A stretch of 64,000 bases of DNA. Source: a virus. The notes beneath the pieces are model-generated. The model saw only the letters and a list, made by a program, of their open reading frames with translations. It did no database searches and was not told where the DNA came from. Location: positions 8,340-72,339 of the IMG/VR virus record IMGVR_UViG_3300017987_000013; one strand, written 5' to 3'. Every line of letters starts with the position of its first letter. Positions within the stretch are counted from its first letter, which is position 1. Shown one piece after another: positions 49,045-55,989 of this stretch. Both the position numbers and the translations under genes were made by a program.

Positions 49045-50009
49045 ACTGCCCTCTGCTTTGAGTGGGCTCCTATGGCGTCGGCCAGGCGCGTACCCACCGC
49101 TTCCGCAACCGGCGGCGGAAATGCGTTCCCTACCTGCCGGTACGCCGCGGTCTTGCCCCCCGCAAAGAACCAGTCGGACGGAAAGCCCTGTAGCTTCGCC
49201 GCCATCTCCACCGTGAGCCGGGGCTGGGCATCGACCGGAAAATCCGGACCGGGAGCCTCGTCGGCGATACCGAGGCCGTCCACTCCCAGCTCCGCCCACT
49301 CGCGCCGGGCGCGTGTCGGTCCCAGGTCAGGCCCGCCGTGTTTCTTGGACCCACCGACAAGAGTAGGGGCGATGGCGTTTGCACGCTTCGCCCATTCGGT
49401 AGCCCCCGGCCAGCCCCTGCTTGCCATTGCACGGCGGAGTACGCCTCCGACGGTCGGCGGCCCACACCTCTTTCCGTTGGGCCACGAGAACCGGGCAAGG
49501 TCACGTGCTCGCAGGCCAACTAGAATGAACCTTGGCCGAAGTTGTGGCACACCAAAACTACTCGCATTCAGGATGTGTGACACTGTCTTGTAACCCAGCT
49601 TCGCTAGATGGCGCTCGAACCACGTTCGGTAGTTCTCGAACTTCGCGGAGCCGAAGCCGCGGACGTTTTCTATCATCACGGCCCGGGGCCGTACCTCGGA
49701 TATGACCGTGAGTGCTGCCGGGAAGAGGTCGCGTTGGTCATCGCGGCCCAACTGCTTCCCTGCAATCGAAAACGGAGGGCACGGAAGCCCCGCAGCCACA
49801 AGATCGGCACCTCGGTAGTCGTCGCCGCGAAACATGCGCAGGTCGATCTCGAGCGTGTTCCAGGTGGGCCGGTTCGCACGTAGCGTCTCACAGCACCAGC
49901 GATCATTCTCGACGGTCGCTTCGTGAACGAAGCCCGCACGCTCAAGGCCGAGGGCCTGGCCCCCGGCACCCGAGCAAAGTTCAATCGACGTGAGGGGCAT
50001 CTTCACCAT
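49041..50009 (-). CDS. C5-cytosine DNA methyltransferase (NaeI/NgoMIV-like TRD)
   Basis: CSGAGG, GLPCPPFS, ENVRG, QLRPR, YRQVGNA motifs; APTLVGGSKKHGGPDLGPTRA TRD. Confidence 0.92.
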   Translation of the reverse strand: MVKMPLTSIELCSGAGGQALGLERAGFVHEATVENDRWCCETLRANRPTWNTLEIDLRMFRGDDYRGADLVAAGLPCPPFSIAGKQLGRDDQRDLFPAALTVISEVRPRAVMIENVRGFGSAKFENYRTWFERHLAKLGYKTVSHILNASSFGVPQLRPRFILVGLRARDLARFSWPNGKRCGPPTVGGVLRRAMASRGWPGATEWAKRANAIAPTLVGGSKKHGGPDLGPTRARREWAELGVDGLGIADEAPGPDFPVDAQPRLTVEMAAKLQGFPSDWFFAGGKTAAYRQVGNAFPPPVAEAVGTRLADAIGAHSKQRAV

Positions 50010-50081
50010 GTGGGTTCTCTTTCGCCAGTTAGTCCTTCGGCACGCTTCACAACCCAACTTAAAACGGACGGGGCGGGGACG

Positions 50082-50327
50082 CTAATTCGCTTTGTTTTCC
50101 GTCGCCTCCAAGAGTTCCACGATCTCGGACACCTTCCAAACGTGGTCGGTCACTTCGGCCGCCATCGCTGGCGTGGTGTGGACTCCGCCCTTCGCCTTTG
50201 TCAACGTCTCGTGCTTCCGACAGAAATTGTAGTACATGTAGTGCAGGGCGATCGCATGACCATGATTCTCTAACTTCTTGCTGTGGCCATTCGTGAGCCT
50301 CGTCAACCGTCTGACGTTCATTCTCAT
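50082..50327 (-). pseudogene. IS1-family transposase C-terminal remnant
   Basis: TMRMNVRRLTRLTNGHSKK...YYNFCRKH...TPAMAA..TDHVW; 5' part absent. Confidence 0.75.
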
Positions 50328-50331
50328 AGTA

Positions 50332-50412
50332 AGGAGGGTAGAGGAATCGAACCCCAAGCGTGCGCCTCCCCGGTTTTCAGGACCGGTTGCCGACCATTCA
50401 GCGGTACCCTCC
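50332..50412 (-). tRNA. tRNA-Ser(TGA)-like with 8/4 fold
   Basis: GGAGGGTA/TACCCTCC 8-bp acceptor; GGGG-TTCGATT-CCTC 4-bp T-stem; CCGGT CCTGAAA ACCGG; long variable arm. Confidence 0.75.
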
Positions 50413-50413
50413 A

Positions 50414-50496
50414 TACCAGGGGAGAGATTCGAACTCTCACGCTCTAAATGAGCACCGGGGCCTAAACCCGGCGTGTCTGCATTCCACCACCCTGGC
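50414..50496 (-). tRNA. tRNA-Leu(TAG)
   Basis: GCCAGGG/CCCTGGT A; CCGGG TTTAGGC CCCGG; long variable arm. Confidence 0.9.
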
Positions 50497-50499
50497 CTG

Positions 50500-50991
50500 T
50501 TACCAATTCCGCGCTCGACCCTTGTTCTTTCTACCGCAAAACGTTGGCTGCTGGCTGTTGCAGTTCGGGCACAGCATCCGCAGGTTTTCGAGTCGATTGT
50601 CTCTGCCGTCGCCGTTGACGTGGTCGAGAACCATCCTCAACGGCTTGCCGTGCCACTCCCCTGTAAGTCCGCAAAGAGAGCATGTGTTTTCTAGTAGCCC
50701 CTCTTCTAATAGATGCCGCTTGAGGTGACATCGGGTGTACTTCGAATCTCGCACGAGTATTTCTTTGAATTGCGCTGGATCGAACTTGCGGCCCGGCTTT
50801 CCCTTTTGGTGGGCCTTCCCGAGAAAGTGCGATGTGTCCAGTTCGTACTCTCTCACTCTTTTAGTGATATAAGAGTGCGTCCCACCGGAGTTGGTCGCTA
50901 CCCCCAATTCCCTACAAACCTCCGCCATTGTCGTGCACCGAGCCACTATTGGCGCAAGTATCTCTTCGGTGTACTTCCGTTGTTTAGGCAT
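50500..50991 (-). CDS. HNH endonuclease within the tRNA array
   Basis: CSLCG...LDHVNGDGRDNRLENLRMLCPNCNS. Confidence 0.9.
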   Translation of the reverse strand: MPKQRKYTEEILAPIVARCTTMAEVCRELGVATNSGGTHSYITKRVREYELDTSHFLGKAHQKGKPGRKFDPAQFKEILVRDSKYTRCHLKRHLLEEGLLENTCSLCGLTGEWHGKPLRMVLDHVNGDGRDNRLENLRMLCPNCNSQQPTFCGRKNKGRARNW

Positions 50992-51031
50992 ACTGTAATG
51001 TATGCCGTAACGCGCACGTCTGCCAGTCACA

Positions 51032-51105
51032 TACCACACGTAGGATTCGAACCTACACTAAACGCCGTTTGAAGACCGTCGCCTCTGCCGTTGGGCTACC
51101 CTGGC
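51032..51105 (-). tRNA. degenerate Leu-type tRNA, anticodon TCA or CAA depending on fold
   Basis: Intact D- and T-arms; mismatched acceptor GCCAGGG/GTGTGGT; anticodon arm ACGGTCTTCAAACGGCGT. Confidence 0.55.
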
Positions 51106-51108
51106 TCA

Positions 51109-51182
51109 TGTACCCCCTGGGACTCGAACCCAGAATTGCACGCCTTTTGAGGACGCCGCGTATGCCATTCCGCCAGGGGTAC
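51109..51182 (-). tRNA. tRNA-Leu(CAA), short variable loop
   Basis: GTACCCC/GGGGTAC A; GCGTC CTCAAAA GGCGT. Confidence 0.85.
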
Positions 51183-51185
51183 GTA

Positions 51186-51270
51186 CGGAAGGTCGAGGAT
51201 TCGAACCTCGGTGCGTGGTACCGCAGCCGCGGGTTAGCAACCCGGCCCCTTACCGCTCGGGCAACCTTCC
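51186..51270 (-). tRNA. tRNA-Ser(GCT)
   Basis: GGAAGGT/ACCTTCC G; loop TTGCTAA; long variable arm. Confidence 0.9.
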
Positions 51271-51272
51271 AG

Positions 51273-51360
51273 TGGCGGGGGCAGGACTCGAACCTGCGGT
51301 GTTAATCTCGAGTGAGGTCAGATTTACAGTCTGGTGCGTTCGCCGCTACGCAACCCCGCC
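51273..51360 (-). tRNA. tRNA-Tyr(GTA)
   Basis: GGCGGGG/CCCCGCC A; loop CTGTAAA; long variable region. Confidence 0.9.
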
Positions 51361-51410
51361 AAATGACTCAATAGCTGAGTCGCAATGACAGTCGTAACGA
51401 TCGAACTAGA

Positions 51411-51483
51411 TATGGTGGGCGGGACTCGAACCCGCGACCCCCTGCTCCCAAGGCAGGTGCGCTACCAGCTGCGCCACCACCAT
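51411..51483 (-). tRNA. tRNA-Pro(TGG)
   Basis: ATGGTGG/CCACCAT A; CCTGC CTTGGGA GCAGG. Confidence 0.9.
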
Positions 51484-51543
51484 AGGTCGGTGATGGCTCA
51501 GACGGTCGGTCGTCGCGGAATTCAGTTATATCCATGGTCAAAT

Positions 51544-51570
51544 ATTATAGCGGTGCGCCGGGACGGTCAA
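51544..51570 (-). promoter_or_regulatory. possible promoter of the tRNA array
   Basis: TTGACC-N15-TATAAT (short spacer). Confidence 0.4.
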
Positions 51571-51737
51571 CTACTTCTTCTTAGGCGGCCTTTCTGTCTC
51601 AGTACGTACCACGGCTGTCACACCCCCATCGCAACATATCACCTCTATCTTGCCCGTGAGCTTGCCGGCCAGGTGTGTGGCGATCACCCGCAATGCCCAT
51701 TGTGCTGTGGACGATAGGTGCGTAGGAATTGCGGGAT

Positions 51738-52205
51738 CTACTGCTGAACTTTGATTCGACATACGGGACAAATTCTGTGGTTTCCGTGGACTTTGAACCG
51801 TTCTCCGCACTTAGGGCATGTACGGACCTGCTCTTCTTCGGCCAATGCGCTGCCGGTTTCGGACTCTTCCTGCGGCTCCTCCTCTGTGTCTTGGGGTTTT
51901 TCCCCGAACTTCGTTGTGAACCAGTGCCCGAGCTTTGAATTAGCAACCCTGATGAGCAGCCGTTTCCACCACGGCAACGCCATGTACTCAAGATGGGCAA
52001 GCCGCACGGCAATGTCTTTGTGTACGGGCAAAACGGCGTGAGCGTACCATACTGACAGTGATTTCCCGATCTCCGACCGGAATTCCTTCAGCGTCTCCTC
52101 GAGCGGCCCTACCCGCACCACCGTCCGCATACCGTGGGGTCGAGGTCCGATGTAGCGCTTCATGTCGGCCGCTAGTGGTCCCTGCTTCTGCTCATTCATC
52201 GTCAC
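51738..52205 (-). CDS. hypothetical protein with C-terminal zinc ribbon
   Basis: CPKC...CPVC. Confidence 0.55.
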   Translation of the reverse strand: MTMNEQKQGPLAADMKRYIGPRPHGMRTVVRVGPLEETLKEFRSEIGKSLSVWYAHAVLPVHKDIAVRLAHLEYMALPWWKRLLIRVANSKLGHWFTTKFGEKPQDTEEEPQEESETGSALAEEEQVRTCPKCGERFKVHGNHRICPVCRIKVQQ

Positions 52206-52584
52206 GCTCCTTCCGCTTTGTCAGTATCTCGGCCCATATATCGTCCCACGTACGGCCAGCTCGGCGTTGCGCCCATGCCAGGTTGATCTGGTGTTGCCGT
52301 ATCGCCGGCGGCCAGCCACTGAAATACTTCTGCATATCAACCGGCATTTCGCCCAAATCCGCCCGTTCCTTGCGCTCCTCTTCGCTGAGGCCGTGCTCAA
52401 CGCGATCGATTCTCTTAGTGTGGTCCATGAGATCGCTAACCTTTTCCCGCAGATACTCCCGTTCCTCGAATACCACGTTGAATGCTTCGCGATCGACCAT
52501 CGAGTTTATCTGCCCCCACAGCTTCTCGTTCTGCGAAAGCACGAGATCGTACAGGGTTCGGGATACCCAGGGCCAACGGATCAT
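52192..52584 (-). CDS. hypothetical protein
   Basis: ATGA-coupled; WPWVSR N-terminus; coiled coil. Confidence 0.55.
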   Translation of the reverse strand: MIRWPWVSRTLYDLVLSQNEKLWGQINSMVDREAFNVVFEEREYLREKVSDLMDHTKRIDRVEHGLSEEERKERADLGEMPVDMQKYFSGWPPAIRQHQINLAWAQRRAGRTWDDIWAEILTKRKERDDE

Positions 52585-52955
52585 GCCAACCTCTTTGCAT
52601 ATCGGGCGTCGATCTCGGCCTCTTTTTGCTTTAATGCGGCACGAGCTTTTTGAATTGCTTTTCCACGAGACGGCTGTTGTTTTTGTGGTTTGTTTTTGCG
52701 TTTACGCCGTCGTGCGATTTTCCGTTGAGCCTTTTGACCGCGAAATTTCCGGTGCGGGTGGTAAAACTCATGGCAATCCAGGCATACGTGCTGTAGTTGA
52801 TATATCTGTTCACTACCTATTGGACCGTTGTACCAAAGGTGGTGAACGTGTTCAGCTTCACGACATCCACAACGCTCGCATATCCCCCCAGACCTTTCGC
52901 GCACAAGCCTTTTTTTTTCATCCCAACAAGGGTTGTCGCGATACTCAGACTTCAC
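52581..52955 (-). CDS. HNH endonuclease with basic tail
   Basis: CERCG...HVHHLWY...LQHVCLDCHEFYH. Confidence 0.8.
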   Translation of the reverse strand: MKSEYRDNPCWDEKKRLVRERSGGICERCGCREAEHVHHLWYNGPIGSEQIYQLQHVCLDCHEFYHPHRKFRGQKAQRKIARRRKRKNKPQKQQPSRGKAIQKARAALKQKEAEIDARYAKRLA

Positions 52956-53494
52956 GTCTTTTTCCACCTTTCACAGTACCCGAAGTCGAGATCGTAAGTA
53001 GGAAGTAGTGGCGACCAGTCATACGGATCCCCGTCCGGTCGATGCCAAATGTCCCGCGATCGGCCCTTGTTGATATAGGGAAGCCGCGGTAAACCGTACT
53101 CCTCGCGCAGTTCTCCCCATCGCTCGGGTAGGTTTTCGAATGGAATTACATCATCTACCCGAAACCCAGCTGCGCCGTACCATTGCGGCCAGACATGCCA
53201 GTCGATGTCCTCAACCCGCTCTTTGCCCAGGATTTCCTGCTGGATCCGTTCGGCGAACGAGCACTTGTACGGTCCCAATGTGTTGATGATGGCGGTCGTG
53301 ATGCGCTGCCACGGGTGCCTGACCGGCATGAAGGTGCGACAATTCGCGTATTTCTTCGCCTCCCCAGGCATTAGCATCGCCTTGACCCCCAACGCGTGCC
53401 GGAGCGAGCTGCTTGCTACCTTGCGGTGGATGATCCACAACGTATCGCTCGGTTCGTGGTGGAAGAAATTGAGGCGCGGCTGAGGCGGTCTCAC
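52952..53494 (-). CDS. sulfotransferase family 2-like protein
   Basis: IHRKVASSS 5'-PSB-like loop; VRHPWQRITT 3'-PB-like motif; WHVWPQ; FENL. Confidence 0.7.
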   Translation of the reverse strand: MRPPQPRLNFFHHEPSDTLWIIHRKVASSSLRHALGVKAMLMPGEAKKYANCRTFMPVRHPWQRITTAIINTLGPYKCSFAERIQQEILGKERVEDIDWHVWPQWYGAAGFRVDDVIPFENLPERWGELREEYGLPRLPYINKGRSRDIWHRPDGDPYDWSPLLPTYDLDFGYCERWKKT

Positions 53495-54009
53495 TCGCGC
53501 TCCCAATCAGGGTTGATGTCGAAATCACGGTAGTACCACGGCTCCAACAAACTCCAGTCGAAATCCATCTCCCGCCAGTCGTGCGCGTCGCCACGGTTCT
53601 TGTGCTGCAACTCCCCATAGTCATACCGGCGCTGCAGATCCGGCCACTCGTTCGTCAGATTCTCCATCAAGATGTACCGATTTACCTGGAACGCCGCCAA
53701 TGGCAGCCACTGCGGTAGAAAATGCCAATCGACGTGTACCGGACTCCGTTTCGATAAGATCTCTTCCTCGATCTTCTGCGCGAACGACCGGTCGTCATCA
53801 TACGGGTTGTGTGCCGCAGACGTCACTCGCGCCCACGGATGGCGAACCACCGTGATTGTGTGGAAGTGCCTGGCCGTCAACGCTTTCTCAAGATCGATCA
53901 TCACGCGACAACCGATCGCTTCTCGTATGGACGATCCCGCCACTTTGCGGTGGATAATCCACAGTAGCCGGCGTTCTTCGTCAATGTGGTAGTTCAGAAG
54001 CGGTGTCAT
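53491..54009 (-). CDS. sulfotransferase family 2-like protein
   Basis: IHRKVAGSS; VVRHPWARVTSA; WHFLPQ; MENL. Confidence 0.75.
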   Translation of the reverse strand: MTPLLNYHIDEERRLLWIIHRKVAGSSIREAIGCRVMIDLEKALTARHFHTITVVRHPWARVTSAAHNPYDDDRSFAQKIEEEILSKRSPVHVDWHFLPQWLPLAAFQVNRYILMENLTNEWPDLQRRYDYGELQHKNRGDAHDWREMDFDWSLLEPWYYRDFDINPDWERE

Positions 54010-55766
54010 TTCCTACTCCCGTACCGTTTCTGGAACCGTCGATCCTCCGCCTCCCGACGCTTCATTACCCGTTCCCGCATACGCTCGAGCCCTGTATCAC
54101 GCTGCGGCGTTGATTTGACCATCCCCGCAGCCTCCATCTGTTCCTCACTGGCCTTGAGGTCCTTGGGCATGCGAGCTCGCACGAAATTCCCGTATACGAA
54201 CGCGTCGCCTTTGTTCGGACTCCGGCCCAAAACCGCCCTAACATCGTCCTTTGAGTCCATGACGATCATGCCGTTGCGGGTTGTCCACGTCGCAGCACAT
54301 AGATCGTCAAATAGCTCTTCGTCGTACGGTAGCGCCACTCGGCCAAGCCGTAGATCCTCTCGGGCCCGCCAATGAACCTGGGTCCGGAGATCCGCGAACC
54401 GTTCGGCCTCAATAATCCGCGGCCCCGATGGCTTCAAGTTCCCTTCGAGGTCTGGTTCGGTCGTACTCCACAGTGTGTCCTGGTCAAGCCCCGGCACAGC
54501 CTTTCGGCCGCCACCGATATGCCTGACCTTGAGCCCTAGCCGGCGCATATGGTTCACGGCTGAAGCGCCCACACCAACACTATCGATACCGATATATCGT
54601 GGATCTACGGGTGCATCTGGGTTATGAGCCTCATTGTAGACTCGATCGCCGACATCATTGGCGTCGTTGACCTGGAATCGCTGGACTTCTGTACAGCATG
54701 CACCTTGCCCTCGCGCGATCGCAGCTGCGTCCCCGGTCGGCTGGTCAGCCACGTCAGCGCCGATCCAGAGCGGCCCTGCGCGCATCTTCTCGTCTTCGTA
54801 CTTCCGCGCCGCCGCTTCACACCATTCCCGCCGAATAAGCGCATCTTCGGCCTCTTTCGGCGAGATGCCGCGAATACGCGACTCGTAAAGGCGCGTACCC
54901 TTGAGCATGCGTTTCCGGCGCGCCAACCGGACTTTCCCGATAGCGCCCGGGACGACAATTCTATCAGTGACGATATTGGGGTGATCATCAGCGCTGATCC
55001 GGAGCGCCAAAACGTCTGGATCCTTACAGAACTTGTGGAGTTCGTCGAGCTGGTGGTCAGGGTTTCCTAGCGCAAGATGGAGATTGTGGTCGTCTGTCCG
55101 CGTGTTGTAGATCGCGGCCATGATCGCGGGGTGGATCCCCGGCGTCTCTTCTGTGATGAACAGAACGTGTTCAGCGTGGATCCCTTGTGCCTTGGTAGCG
55201 GATTCCTCTGAAGCTCCGACTCCGCACACAAACGCCCATGCCGCCCAGACTTCCTTGTCCTCGACGGCCGGCTTCATGCGCAATACACCGGTCAGAAGCT
55301 CGGCCTGCGGGAAGATCGCCTTGAACTTGGGCCACAATCGCCCGATTTCTTTCCAAACCTGCCCGTAAAGTTGAGCGGCTTTCGGTGCAACAGTGGGCAC
55401 TAGGGAATCAGGGAAACATGCAAGAAACCAAAGAGTGACACACGCGGCGATGTACGTCTTCCCTACTCCGGTCGCTGACTCGATACCGACGTCCTGCCAG
55501 TTCGCCAGAGCTTCAAGTGTCGTTGCCAACGGGTCCTTGTCGCCGTCCCAATCGTGTTCCTTGTACCCCTCGTTCAGCGACCATACCAACGTGTTCCGTG
55601 GTACGCCGAGGTACTTCTCAATCCACTCAAGCGGTTTTTTCTGGTAATCTGTGTGAGGTTGGACGCTAGTCGACCACGAGCCGTCCACTTTGTATTCTTC
55701 GACGGCGCCGATGGCCTGCATCTGAATGAGGCCGTGGAGGTCGGTTTTCTTGGGCTTGTTGGTCAT
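54006..55766 (-). CDS. terL: terminase large subunit
   Basis: SATGVGKT Walker A; LFITEE Walker B; LGNP; IGADVA and IDSVGVG RNase H motifs; LGRSPNKGDA. Confidence 0.9.
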   Translation of the reverse strand: MTNKPKKTDLHGLIQMQAIGAVEEYKVDGSWSTSVQPHTDYQKKPLEWIEKYLGVPRNTLVWSLNEGYKEHDWDGDKDPLATTLEALANWQDVGIESATGVGKTYIAACVTLWFLACFPDSLVPTVAPKAAQLYGQVWKEIGRLWPKFKAIFPQAELLTGVLRMKPAVEDKEVWAAWAFVCGVGASEESATKAQGIHAEHVLFITEETPGIHPAIMAAIYNTRTDDHNLHLALGNPDHQLDELHKFCKDPDVLALRISADDHPNIVTDRIVVPGAIGKVRLARRKRMLKGTRLYESRIRGISPKEAEDALIRREWCEAAARKYEDEKMRAGPLWIGADVADQPTGDAAAIARGQGACCTEVQRFQVNDANDVGDRVYNEAHNPDAPVDPRYIGIDSVGVGASAVNHMRRLGLKVRHIGGGRKAVPGLDQDTLWSTTEPDLEGNLKPSGPRIIEAERFADLRTQVHWRAREDLRLGRVALPYDEELFDDLCAATWTTRNGMIVMDSKDDVRAVLGRSPNKGDAFVYGNFVRARMPKDLKASEEQMEAAGMVKSTPQRDTGLERMRERVMKRREAEDRRFQKRYGSRK

Positions 55767-55989
55767 TGGCTTGGCAATGAGCGCCGTTTCATTCGTAGTT
55801 CTTCCACAACAATGCCGTTATCGCTACCAGAAAAGATGTGGTGGCTGGGTTCCATTTCTCGCCCAGGGCCTGAGATATCAAGCCTATCGCAATAAGGCCG
55901 ATGGTGGTCGCCCAACAATTAAAGCGCACAGCCTTGCAGATCATTTGACCCTCCCGTTGCCGTGGCCCACCTGAAGAACGAGCGCCGGT

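Noticed and set aside
48471-49299. Long N-terminal extensions of the Vsr (to 49025) and HNH (to 49299) ORFs
   Set aside because: They overlap well-supported upstream genes; homology-like sequence starts at 48470 and 49044
50328-50414. 5' part of ORF 50082-50414
   Set aside because: It is the tRNA-Ser sequence read in frame, not protein coding
50992-51031. Theta/HDV-like ribozyme 3' of a tRNA
   Set aside because: GTGAC/GTTAC and GCA/TGC stems exist, but the L3 CC needed for P1.1 is missing
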